Assembly: GCA_964019425.1 (NCBI GenBank)
Contig: OZ025804.1
Location: forward strand, 248,001-312,000
Length of the DNA: 64,000 nt
Reading direction: 5' to 3'
DNA from: Flectonema sp. DT1601
Taxonomy: Eukaryota
The notes beneath the pieces are model-generated. The model was not told where the DNA came from and searched no databases. It was given only the letters and a program-made list of their open reading frames with translations. A program made the position numbers and the translations under genes. Shown in pieces: positions 12,221-24,700 of the stretch (positions within the stretch are counted from its first letter, which is position 1; every line of letters begins with the position of its first letter).

Positions 12221-13483
12221 ATGGCCGACTGGGAACGGTCTGTTCGACATGTCAAGAGAAAGGAACGCACTGACATGAAACTGTGCGAGTGGGATTGCAG
12301 TGGATTTGCTTCTGAGAGAAAGGCAGAGTTTGAAGAAGCGTGTGAACGTTGTGTTGGTGGAGTTGTCAGAGCTGACATAAACAACTTATCAACTGAAGAT
12401 TTCATGGAATTGGAAAGAGGTAAAAACGTAGTCATCGTACGAGGCATTCCTGAGGCTGAAAATTGGAACACAGAGTTATTCACGTTCAATTCTATTTATA
12501 AAAGGTTTGCTAAACATTCCTTTAAAGTCGGCAAAGATGATGATGGTCATGCTCTTCGACTCTCTCTCGAAGAATATCAAAAATATTCAAAACACCAATC
12601 AGATGATTCACCACTTTATATATTTGACAGTGTTTTTGGTAACAAACATACACGACCTGATTTGTTATCGGGGTACCGACCTCCTTCACTGTTTCCGGAT
12701 GACTATTTCTCTGTATTAGGTGACAATAGACCTCCTCACAGATGGTTTCTCATGGGTCCGAAGAGATCAGGAACATCGTGTCACATTGACCCCTTGGATA
12801 CTTCAGCATGGAACACCCTCTTAGTTGGAAGAAAGAAATGGGCTTTTATCGACCCGACAGTTCCAAGACGAGTAGCAAAAGGTCGTTCAGTACTCAAACC
12901 TGGTGAGGATGATGAGGCAATTCATTTTTTTGTTAATTTGATACCTCGTCTGAGAGCCGAAGGGATATCTGTCACTGAAGTTATTCAGGAAGAGGGAGAA
13001 ACAATATTCGTCCCGGGGGGGTATTGGCATTGCGTATTAAATATAACCGACACTATAGCAGTCACTCAGAATTATTGCGGTCGTAACAACTTCGACACAG
13101 TCTGGCGGAGTAGTCGTTATGAACGACCTTGTCTTAGTACAAAGTGGTTGAAATTAATGAGCCCGGAACTTAAAAAGAGAGCGATGGCATTAAACTCAAT
13201 GGATGCGTTTGATATGGATCGACTGCTATTGCATAATAACGAACGTCGAATTCGAAGACGTGCGCGTAGAAAAAGTCGAACTATGGCAGCAGCAAAACGA
13301 AAGGCTACTCGCCGTGGTACTCAATGGTGTCAATCTAAGTGGGAAGCGTCGTACTCACCAACGCTATCAGAGTCGACGGTATCTACTTCGTCGTCTTCCT
13401 CAGATTCTGATTCGGACAGCTCGGGGTACACTACATCCACATCATCATCATCTACGTCATTTAATGAGGTAATCAGAAAATAG
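12221..13483 (+). CDS. JMJD6: JmjC-domain protein JMJD6 (PSR)
   Basis: FKVGKDDDG, DDSPLYIFD, RPPHRWFLMGPKRSGTSCHIDPLDTSAWN, ETIFVPGGYWHCVLN, AVTQN; poly-Ser tail. Confidence 0.92.
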   Translation: MADWERSVRHVKRKERTDMKLCEWDCSGFASERKAEFEEACERCVGGVVRADINNLSTEDFMELERGKNVVIVRGIPEAENWNTELFTFNSIYKRFAKHSFKVGKDDDGHALRLSLEEYQKYSKHQSDDSPLYIFDSVFGNKHTRPDLLSGYRPPSLFPDDYFSVLGDNRPPHRWFLMGPKRSGTSCHIDPLDTSAWNTLLVGRKKWAFIDPTVPRRVAKGRSVLKPGEDDEAIHFFVNLIPRLRAEGISVTEVIQEEGETIFVPGGYWHCVLNITDTIAVTQNYCGRNNFDTVWRSSRYERPCLSTKWLKLMSPELKKRAMALNSMDAFDMDRLLLHNNERRIRRRARRKSRTMAAAKRKATRRGTQWCQSKWEASYSPTLSESTVSTSSSSSDSDSDSSGYTTSTSSSSTSFNEVIRK

Positions 13484-14072
13484 ATTTTCACTTTTTAGAA
13501 AAAAAATAAACTGACTCAATCAAAAAGTCTTATTATGGACTGCACCCCATGACATCTTCATAAAGTTACTGACTTGTTCGTTTTATTTTTATTTATGTTT
13601 CGCAGCACTTGACTTGACGTCGATTGGTGTGAATTTTTAGTACCTCATTTGTTATAGAATGAGATTTTTTTATATGTTTTTTTTTTTTTTTTTTTTACTT
13701 GATTCTGTGTGGTATGCTGTTAGCACTTCTACAACGGTAAAGTAGTCACAAATATAGTGAATACCTTCTGTAGTTGTGTTGATGTTTTTGAAAACTCTCT
13801 TAAGAGGCATTTTCTGATCCCTGAAATCTTCCTTTTTTTCAAAATTATAATATTTCACAAAAAAACAGTTCATATGGAAAAAGAATTAGTTACGGTGGGG
13901 AGGTTAAAAGAGAGAGTTTAGAGAATTTAGTCACTGTGTCATCATAAGTTTATTATTTAGATTTGATACAGTACAGAAGTTTTATATTTGTCCCCTCCCT
14001 CTTTTTCTTCTTCTTTGTCTCCCCTTGGTGATAGTTTCGATCCCTTTTTTTCCCCTTCTTTTCTTTTCACGA

Positions 14073-15080
14073 ATGGAATTGACTGTCAGAAACATCCTCA
14101 CTGACGATGCTGAGGTGATAACGATACTGCCGAGTGATTCTTTGAATTGTTTAAAAGAAAAAGTTGTGGAAATATTTGGAATCACTGACTTCGATTTGAT
14201 CCATGAAGGAGACGTCCTATCTCACCAACAATCGTTAATGGAAATGTCTGGAAATGAAGAAATTCTTATCGAACCTTCGTCTGAGTTACACGCCAAAACG
14301 ATACTTAACAAGGCGGGTTATGTTCATTCTGGTAAAGAGCTGGAGAGATGTATAGAAAATGGTGATGAAAAAAATATCATTCACTTCATTCGCTTAGAAG
14401 AATCTTTATTTAGAAAAGCAATTGGACATTGTTGTGCAATCGGATTCCATGTCGCAGTTAAGTCGTTGCTATCATCAGGTAGGACTCTGTCGCAGTCGGA
14501 TCAGGATTACTGTTTTAGGAGGGGTTGTGCAAGTAGTAACGAAACTGCACATGAAGCGATTTCTGAACTTTTAAAACACGGATTACGACCTGAGATCTCA
14601 CCGTTAGATTTAGCGTGTACAACAGGAACTGGGAAGACTATTGAAATGTTAATTGAGAATGGTATCTGTTCACCTTTACGTCATCTCAGAGGCGAGTGTT
14701 CACTAAGCAAAGCAATCTCATCACGTAACTCTGAAGCGATTGATACTCTTTGTAGATTGTGTCCTCATTCTTGTCCATGGTCACTTATTTGTGCTTCCAA
14801 AATGGGCGATTCTTGTACTGCTGAGAAGCTTCTCGGCTTTGGAACGAATCCCAACACCTATCGTTGGGGAGATGGCCCTCTTCAATTAGCTTGTCGTAGC
14901 AATAGTCTCGAGACTGTTAAAGTTTTATTATGTCATGGGGCTGACATTAGTGTCAGTAATAGAGAAGGAATATCACCAATTCAGGAAATCACTCGCAGAA
15001 GAGGCGACATTTCAATAGAAAATCTTCTTTATGAAACAAAAAAAATAAGAAGAATTGAACGGCAGATTCAAGAGAGGTGA
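14073..15080 (+). CDS. Ubiquitin-like domain plus ankyrin repeat protein
   Basis: N-terminal Ubl-like pattern (LTVRN...DSLNCLKEKV...LIHEG); ankyrin motif GPLQLACRSNSLETVKVLLCHGADI. Confidence 0.8.
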   Translation: MELTVRNILTDDAEVITILPSDSLNCLKEKVVEIFGITDFDLIHEGDVLSHQQSLMEMSGNEEILIEPSSELHAKTILNKAGYVHSGKELERCIENGDEKNIIHFIRLEESLFRKAIGHCCAIGFHVAVKSLLSSGRTLSQSDQDYCFRRGCASSNETAHEAISELLKHGLRPEISPLDLACTTGTGKTIEMLIENGICSPLRHLRGECSLSKAISSRNSEAIDTLCRLCPHSCPWSLICASKMGDSCTAEKLLGFGTNPNTYRWGDGPLQLACRSNSLETVKVLLCHGADISVSNREGISPIQEITRRRGDISIENLLYETKKIRRIERQIQER

Positions 15081-15491
15081 ATCTCAATCACAATTTTAAC
15101 TATATTTGTCCATCCTTTAAAGGGGGATATTTCAAATTAGGCGGGAAAAATAAATAAGAAGAATTACGAGGCCCTTTTATTCTTCCTCCCTTTAGAGGGT
15201 TTCAGGAATGAATATTCAAAGGTGATTGTGTTCGATGGTAATATTTTTTACACACTTCGTTCATTTCTTTGAACGAAGAACTTTTCATTTTTTCTTTTAA
15301 AATTATTTTGATTTTTATTCTTGTTGCTGAGCACATTTTCTAATCAGAAAATATATGCCTCAAAAAAATAAAAAAAAAATGGAAAAACGTTGATTACTGA
15401 GTCTCCTTGCCTTATTCGTCAGCGTTTATTTGTTTGATTATTATAACGCTATTATGACACTTTTACAATGACAGGAAACTAACACCGAAGC

Positions 15492-18400
15492 ATGATGGAG
15501 GAGGAATTGCAATGTGTTGTGTGTCGAACTATAATGTGTGATCCAAGAGTGTTGTCCTGTCAGCATATGTTATGTTTGAGGTGTTCTCATGGGGTCAGCG
15601 ACAGGGCAAAAACTGATGTCACAGTAAAATGTCCATTTGGATGTGGTGTAACTGAAGTGACCGACGTCAGAACACTCCCAAGAAATACCACCGTCAGCAA
15701 TTTATGCTCCGGCTTAAGAGAGGAAAAACACAAACAAAATATGCTTCCCTGCGACTACTGTTGTGAGGGTGGGGAGGGTGAAGAAACTGACAAACCAGAG
15801 ATATGTCCGACTTGCAAAGCAGCCGTCTGTGAAAGCTGCAAAGCAGAAAACTCAGAACATGACTACCTCTGTAGGTCTGACGAGAGATATTATCCTTTCT
15901 TTATAGGATGGAACGCAGCAAGCGATAATTTAAAAAAACATTTAAACAGAAGAGGTCTATCCAACGCTACAATCAAAACAGTATCAAGACTGTATGCTCC
16001 CAGTCATTCTTTACGTGTCCATACCAAATGGAAAATTCAAACGTCAACGATAACAACAACAAAACCCCTTTTAACACTGTGTGATAACCAATTAGGATCG
16101 CCTTCTATAGTTGCAGAGGTAGAGGCTTCAGGATTAAAACCGTTATATTCAAAACAACTTTCTATTTTATATCGTTTACAAGAAGCACGTGGTAGACAGC
16201 TTGCGTTACTAAAAGCTCTGGATGAGCTTCTCAGTAATTCAGAACTCTCAAAACATTTAAACGACTTTTCATCCTCAATATCGAATCCAACATCTTGGGA
16301 TGGAGGTTTATCAAATGACATAGCCACACTTACTGAGATGCTTCTATTAATTTATAAACAACTATGCGCTCCTCTTCAGCGTAAAATTCACATTATTTCT
16401 GTATTGGAAGGACTCTCGCCACTGCCTGGAGGTAACACCAAGTCATCAAGAGCTGAGTCTAGATTGTTACTTAATATCGTAGCAGATATGGAAGAGGCAT
16501 TACGAAAACAAGGACAAGAAGAGGAAGAAGTATTTAACAAATTACAATCAACAACAACAACACTACTTCAACAACAATACATGGCATACGAGACATGGAA
16601 GGGAACAGTTGATCATAAGCAGGTCATTCCTGCTACGACGGCAGTCCTCATCGGAGGTGCTGAACTAATAAAAATAGGAAACGGATCTCAAGAAAAATAC
16701 GCCGCCAGTAATAGTGACAATTCATCGAAATCAAAAATAATTTTCTCGATTTCGAAAATTGTTTATTCAGGTTTGTATGACATAACTGTGGTATACGCAT
16801 CTCCTCAAGACACATCTATTACACTGTCAGTCGGCGATAATTGTATTACACTTGAGTTGACTGCCACGGGTGGCTTTGATCTTTTCGCATCCAAAACCAT
16901 AAATGACATTCACCTCAGCAATCTTAACAAAACGATAACACTAATTGGAATTGATAGGACCCTGGGGGCAGACTTTCAAGCTGTTGAGGTCGCATATTCT
17001 CAACACAATTTAAACAGCGAAACCTTAACAAATAATGTTTTCAGCAGCAGTAAAAGTTATACGGGTTCGGTCCAACATGAAGAAAGTTTAGCAGTGATGG
17101 CGTTCTGTCATCACATGCAATTAGAAATATTAAATACTTTTGATTTAATTTATGAAGAAGCTTCAGAAGAATATTGGAAAAATTCTCCAAAAAATGAAGC
17201 TTTAGAAAAAGAAGCAAACATCAGACATGAGAGGTTTGACCTGTTAAGTGTTCTGAGAAATGTTCAGCAAGTTCGGATTTTTCAAAGGCAATATTACAAT
17301 TGTGGAGTGTCTGGAATCCTGCAATTGACATTTTCACAACCGAGACCGTTTCCTGTGGTGTGTTTTCTTTTTGTTTTTATCAACCATGAAGTGAAATGTT
17401 CTTTTTACACATAACATCAACACCAACAGATGGTGCCCCTCCCAACTGCACCAAGCACTTCTTCACTACCAAACTTATTGCAGTCCCTACAGCCTAAGAT
17501 TCATGAGCTTCGGGAAGAGCAACAAAATAGTGTGATGCGGGTATGTTTCTAATCGTCTCTTGCTGTCACCAGATTATTAATAATTTAATTTAAAAATAAC
17601 CAACACAGGAGCCTCCTCAACACGTACAAGAACAGATTCAAAGAGTACTTCTTCAGACGTTAGAATTACTACACAGAGAACAAGTATTACAGCTGAGAGA
17701 GAGTGTTCAGATTACAAGGACTCAGTTGATTGTTCACATTGCTCCTGACTGTGTCACAGAGATGCTTCAAAACTTAACACCTGATCAACGAGACGCTATG
17801 CACAGTATTCAAAAGTGGACTACTGTACAAGATTTACAGTCTGTTCAACTACTGTGGAATAGAGCACTTGAGGAATACAAAGACTTACCAGAAACCAGTG
17901 AGACTGCTACTCAAAACACGAATCCAACACACCACGACGTGGCTGTCGGTACGGCTGACCTTCAAGTTGAAGAGGGATATGGAGATCAACACGCAGCAAT
18001 ACCCGGAATCGAACTTGGTGATACCAGACTTCAAAATCCACTCTCACTATATGCAACCACAGATGGGGAAAATCATATGGAGATTGCAGATGAATCGGGA
18101 ATTGAACTGGACTCACAATCTGATTCGCTTTTTGCAGCAACTGAGACATTGGCTTCGGTAGTAAATGCTGCAAGTGTTGACCCAGCCTCTGCTGAAGACG
18201 CTGTTACCGAATTACAACAGAAGATTGGAGATCGTCTTACGAAAGGTGTGGTTGACGGGCTCTTGAAGTACACCAAACTAGTCATCTTACAACGAAAACG
18301 ACTTGAGGAATGTATCGTCGAATTAGGTGCTCAGGAGGGTTCTTTAGGACCATTATTAGTACAGAAACAACGAGCTGTTGGAGCTGAAGCTGACAAGTTA

Positions 18401-19219
18401 GAAGTTCACTTAAAGATTGTTGAGCATCTTAAGAAGTTATTAAAATTAGCGCAGTCATGTAGATCCAGTTCTAAGAAGTTTGAATTGTTATCTCAAGTGG
18501 TGTTGGTTTTGAGGAAGTTACAAGTTGGAGGTTCTGGTAGTGTTCCAGACAAGGTTGATATATTATCACTTCAAGCTTGGATTGATGAAATACAACACAA
18601 TGAAGATCAATCTTTAGGAACGTGGTCTGACACATCTTCAGATGGATCGACTGATTCTTCAGAAGTACAAACTGCTGTTGGTGATCCTGTTGTACAGCAA
18701 TCCCTCCTCGCTTGGTTCGTACGAACTGAATCGATGACAGAAATAGGACTACTCGAGAGGTGTCTCACAACTAATGGTAATTGTTGGGATGTTCCTCAAC
18801 TTGAATTCAAACCAACTCAACAATCAAAAAAGAATTGTCACCAGAGAGCTGTTGCCATGACTGATAAGAATTGGCCAATTGATCTCCTAATATGCTGCTC
18901 AACACTTTTTCTTCAACAGAAGTTTCCTTTCTTTGAAGAATGGCAAATAGAAATGAATTCAGTCCCTTCGGAATGTGACTTTCAAGTTGTGTCTCACATT
19001 CCCTTCTATAAAGGAGAGTATGTAGTCCCAGGTGGGAAAACCAGTCAACACTTCATCATAAATGGACAGACTGGTGCTGTTTTCGCTGCTGATCCTCCGC
19101 TGTCGCTTCATCGACAACTCTTTCAAATCGTAAAAGATGTATTGAGACTTCCCACCACTTGGTTTGTGTTAAATGCTGTTGGTCTGTGGGCACGTTGGTC
19201 GTCTTCAAGGTTAAAATAA
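15492..19219 (+). CDS. RING/B-box-like (TRIM-like) protein with CBM-like module; exons 15492-17357, 17430-17540, 17609-19219 (~1195 aa)
   Basis: C3HC4 RING (CVVC...CQHMLCLRC...CPFGC). Two GT-AG introns (17358-17429, 17541-17608) join the two long ORFs in frame through a 37-codon exon. Confidence 0.8.
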
Positions 19220-19857
19220 ACTTTCCGTTTTTTTTTTTGAGATTTGCTGTGTTGGTAATAAGAAAAGAAGGGGAGTAACTTGATACTAATAGGAAAAAAA
19301 AATAAAAAAAAAATAAGCATTTTAAAAAAAAAATCATACGTTGTGGTAAGGCTTACTTTTAGTTTTTATAATTTATTTTAATTCTGCGTCATGATCTGTT
19401 CTGTTTTTCCTTATTTTTTTTTAAAAAATAAAATTTAAATAAAAAAATAAAAAAATACATCCCTTCTGTTCTATTTACATGTATTTATAACATTATTTGA
19501 TTTTATTCTTAATGTTAACCTAAATTGGTTCAACAAAATAAATGGGGAAAAAAAAAAAAAAAAAAAAAAAAAAATGCCAACCCCGTCTTACTGTGTTGTA
19601 TCTGCAGTGAAGTTACAACCCTTCTCTGACTATTATAATTAGATGCAATATTTGTTATTGTTTTTTATTTTTTTATTTTTTTAAAAAAGAAGTTAAAAAT
19701 CAAATCCCTAATTCCCTTCACAGCTGATGTCAATATCGTAGATTGCAATATTCAACAGTTACCGTGCTTTTGCATTCGATTGAATTTTCCCGCCCTCTCC
19801 CCTTCTTTTGACTGATAACTATTAATACTAACCAACAGGAACTATAGTTGTCACAAC

Positions 19858-20876
19858 ATGAAAACAGATGAAGAAATCGAGGCTGAGGGTGGAGTCAATG
19901 AAGATGAAGACGATATGGAAGATGACTTCGATCTCGATGTGGAAGACGTTAAGAAAGGAGCTTGTTTTGATAACATCGTTAGCAGTACTAACATCAACGT
20001 AAACACTGTCGAAGAAACAACTGCTAAGAAAGCTGTAGAGGAAGAAGTCAAAAGATTGAAGGCTATGAGAGACGCTCAGCAAACCGAAGCTGACGCTGAA
20101 GGCGAACGTCTTCGAATTGAACTGGAGAAGGAATCCGCTAAAAAAGAAATTCACGAAATGCTTTTATCTTCCAGTTATTATAATTTAACACAGCCATCAG
20201 ACTCTGTTAAGCCGAACTACGTCACACCTTTAAAGAGTAATGGTAAGAACACACCTCCTTATTACCCACAGAAGGTATTGCCTGGACTTTCATCTCCTGA
20301 ACTGTTCGAGAAATTAGAGCAAGACACGCTATTTTTTATATTCTACTACCAGCAAGAAACATACCAGCAGTACCTTGCAGCACGACAGCTGAAGGGTGCC
20401 TCGTGGAGGTTTGTAATTATTTTAATTTTATTTTTTCCTTTTTTTTTGTTTTGGTGGGTCGCTCAACCTGACAACATAATTTTTCCCTTTTATATTTTCT
20501 CTTTTTTCTAAACGTAATTTGTCTTTAATTAGCAACTACAAATATATTCTTTTCAGTCAAATATTTTGATATTAATTTTGTTTTTAATACTGTTAGGAAT
20601 AACGACAGGATGGTTATTCACAACACACACAACAGGTATCACAAGAGAGAGAAGTGTTGGTTTATTAGAAGTAACACTCCAAAAGAAACAAAAGACGATT
20701 ACGAAATGGGTACTTACGTCTTCTTTGACTTTCAGGACGAATGGAAAAATAAAAAGAAAGAAAACTACAAATTTGAATACAATCATCTGGAGGAGGAACT
20801 TCCGTCAGCAATCGCGAAACCGAAAGCAAAGCAAGCAGTTGACAGTGAAGTTACTCCAAAGTTAGTTGATTCTTAG
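19858..20876 (+). CDS. CCR4-NOT complex NOT2/3/5-domain (NOT-box) protein; exons 19858-20408, 20636-20876
   Basis: FEKLEQDTLFFIFYYQQETYQQYLAARQLK, then SWR|YHK after removing intron 20409-20635; GTYVFFDF and FEYNHLE. Confidence 0.9.
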
Positions 20877-21074
20877 AAATGTTTGCAAACAGCTACAGGT
20901 TTGAAGACACCCACGCACAACTGGTCTGTTTTAGACCCGACGATCGTCTTATTGATGACATCCATCCCTTAGTGACGATCTCGATTAGTAACTTTAAGTG
21001 ACGGACGGAGTACTCTAAATGTCTAGTACCCGATGTCCTTTTTTTTTTTTTTGTGTTTTGTTTTTGTTTCCTGT

Positions 21075-21133
21075 CCATCCGCTCCTGAAGAGGGGTGGAT
21101 GGCCCACAATATTGGAGCAGCCACCGAAACTAA
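21075..21133 (+). ncRNA. Degenerate candidate of the rearranged hammerhead ribozyme
   Basis: CCAUCC/GGAUGG strut, stem I GCUC/GAGC, CUGAAGA (21085-91) and GAAAC (21126-30) lie in the same order as the other copies. Stem III and the cleavage triplet are non-canonical. Confidence 0.3.
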
Positions 21134-21749
21134 CCAAACGTGCAAGAAAGCAAGAAATACTTGAGGCAAAAACAAGCTATTATCTGCGAAGAGTGACTCC
21201 ACCCGAATCCTTTAATTACAATACGACGCCTCGGAGAGGGTCTCTCTCCATCAGTGAGGTAATAAACTAAATTGTTTAAACCCAGCTGTTAGTAGGTGAA
21301 TTGTTAGACATGTTTTGTTGTCTGTCAAAAAGCAACGTTCGGGTTTTTTTTTTTTTTTTTTTTTTTAAATTGATGGAATGTTTTAAGAGGAGAATACGGA
21401 ATGGAAAAAAAAAAAAAAAAAGGCAAAAGAAAATTAACCACAAGATTAATGATGATGAAAGAAGAGGAAAAAAAAAAAAATACGAAAAAAAAAAATCTAT
21501 AAGCCTTACGTGTGAACCTTAAACAAACATGAAAAAAAAACAAATAGAAGGTTGGGGGAAAAAAAAAAAAATAAAAAAAAAAATAACAATTTGATAACAT
21601 ACAGTATGAAAAGAAGAAGAAAAAAAAAAAATTTGTGAGGCTCGCGCCTTGTTCGTTCTTTAGAAGAAAAAAAAATATTTTTCGATTTTGTTTTCTTTTT
21701 TTTTTTAAAACACTACTCAGCTGCTTCCTTAAACAGAAGTCTTCAAAAA

Positions 21750-24700
21750 ATGACGAGACAGCTGCTGCTGAAGCAGCTGTTCGTTTTGTTATTACCCGGT
21801 TCTGGGATGGCAATGGATTTGATCGAAGTAACGAAATCATACTTAAAATCTCACGAGAGGTCCATAATACCACTTTCAGCACCGAGTTGCATCGACGACC
21901 CTTTTGGAATGATGGCCGTAGTTGGTGGATGTGGAAATGCGGCAATCGCGTTTGGATGTAATTTTCCGTTAAGCAACCTTGACCCGTCATCACCTCCTGG
22001 TGTGACTATTTCATTGTTATGTCCAGATACCTGTAACAGTTGTTATTGTATGGATTCACCATTATTAATATCACTCGGTGGTTGTGAAGAACTGACTAAT
22101 ATGGGATGTCATTTCGACCTAAGCGCTCTAACGGGTCTCCCAACTGGAACGCCTCTCAGCTCACTATGTCCAAGTTCTTGTAACTTATGTAACCCTGCAC
22201 CGCAGTCAGCAACGTCATTGGAGCAGTCAATCAGTTTGAAATCAATTTTTAACGCAGCTGGTGGTCAGGAGTGGTATCGGAATTCAAACTGGATGAATGG
22301 AGATCCGTGTCTCAATTCCTGGGATGGGATTAGTTGTGATCTCTCAGGAAACATCATATCAATTCAACTCGATTATAATAACATGAAAGGATTCCTAGCT
22401 GATGTATTCCTTCCTTTAATACATCTTAGAAAGTTAGACACCAGCGGTAATGAGTTCCTATCAGGAAAGCTACCTGAGTCGTTGTCAGCATGTCCATTTG
22501 AAAGAATTATAATATCGGAGTGTTCTTTTGTGGGGGATTTCCCAATTTTGACAGCTGCGAAATTGACTTTAAAAACGCTAGCGATTGGATCGTTAGCTCT
22601 GCCTATGTTGCTACCACCTCACTCGGGAGTTGCAAGGATGGGTTATGCTCCTTCTTCTGTTAATAGTTTTCCTTATCAAACATTTGAAGAATTTCTTAAT
22701 ACTTATCCAGAACTAGAAGTCATAAATAGTCATGGATCACAAATACGAGGCACCCTACCTGAGAGCATGTGTAGTTCAAAGTTAAGAGATATCGTGTTGA
22801 CGAAGTGTTTTTTAAGCGGTACCATTCCAAACTGTGTTGGGGACATGCCTCAATTACAATCATTTTGTGTTGCGGAAAATGGTCTGACAGGAACAGTACC
22901 AGCTTCGTTAGGGAATGCATCAAATCTCTTGGGAGTGATCTTAGGTGGGAATTCTTTGACTGGACAGCTGCCAATGGAATTAGGAAACGCTCGAAATCTC
23001 AGATATTTAATTATTGCGATCTCAGATCTGACGGGAACTATTCCTGACTCGCTCGGTAACTTAACTTCACTTGAAGCAATCGTATTACAAGATTGTCCAA
23101 GGTTAGGTGGGACTCTACCTGTTGGGATATTTAAACTTACAAAGCTTGGATTCGTAGCCCTAATGGAGTCTAGCATAGAAGGAGAAATCCCAACAGCCGT
23201 CACAACAATGCCGAGTTTGTCACTACTCTCTCTGTACAGCAATCAGTTGTCTGGAACGATACCGGCATTTAACTTTCAACGTAGTCAGATTACTGAAGTT
23301 TACTTGTCAACGAATCTATTGACAGGAACTGTACCAGACTCTTTGTACATGCTTCCAAAGCTACGAAAGTTATCAATAGATAAAAATAGTCTTACTGGAG
23401 AGCTTCCCAAGACTGTTCAACCTGATTTCGTTATTCTAAATGCGCATAATAATTTGTTTGAGGGAACGATTCCCTCAGAATGGTGTTCTTATAAGAAAAT
23501 GGAACATATTTATATTCAAAATAACTCTTTAACTGGACAGATACCGAGTTGTATAGGTAACATGTCAGAGCTCACGCAGTTTAATATCGACGACAATAAA
23601 TTGTCTGGAAAAATTCCGTGGAGTCTCGGAGAAGCAAAAAAATTAGTTTTCATTTGGATGAGAAATAATAAGCTAACGGGTGCGCCTCCGCAGTCACTTT
23701 CAGGGTTGGTTAACTTAAAAGAATATCATTCTTCTGGAAATCCTTTTAACTGCCCTGTGAATGATTTTTTAAGCCCTTTCACAACAGTTCCTGAACTGCT
23801 TTCAATTAGTTGTCATGACTGTGGTCTCTTGGGAGACATGTCAGTTCATTTGTTCTATTCCGTCAGCACTGGAAGTCGATTTACTTTATTGTCCTCACTC
23901 GTTCTAAGTGAAAACAAAATAACCGGACGAATCCCAACAAGCATCGGTTGGGGACTACTACGACTTGCGCTTCTTGACTTGTCTACTAATAATCTTCAAG
24001 GTCCAATCCCTGAAGGGTTAGGTAATTTAAGAATGGCGCTCATGGATAATAATAAAGATTTAAAATCTGTAGATGGAAGATTACCGTTATTCGTGGCAAC
24101 CACAACAGCCAGTGCGTTGTCAGGTGAATCTGACTCCGTGAGATGTCCAATTTTAAATGGAGTCAAACAGAATATAGTAGTTAGAATAGATCCTTCGTAC
24201 TATTCATACAATTTATGTGATTGTGGTAAAGGATTCTTCGGTTCAGCACCCTTCTGCGTCAGTTGTCTTCAGAATGGTATCTGTCCAGGCGGAGGTAGTA
24301 TGATTGTGACTAAAGGCTATTGGCCTTCCCCCCCACCACCTGCAAAACCAATAATGCTATTACCCTGCTATGCTGATGCTGTAGAGAGTACTCCTTGCAA
24401 TGAAGACAATGCTATTAATTTTACTTGTAAAACTGGATATCAGGGAAGGCTGTGTTCTTCTTGTGCTGAAAATTATTACAACAGAGGAAGACAATGCGTT
24501 GAGTGTCCGATAAATGTCGTCATCATTATAATAATGTTTTCGACTGTACTTATTCTGGCTGGAGCATTAGCTGCAATGCGAATGTGGAAAAAACACAGTC
24601 AGCTCTTTGACATGTTCAGAGTGTTAGTTTTATATGGTCAGGTTCAAGCTATTCTTCTCGGTGACAGTCAGTTCTTATGGCCGCGTACTGTTAAAAGGGT

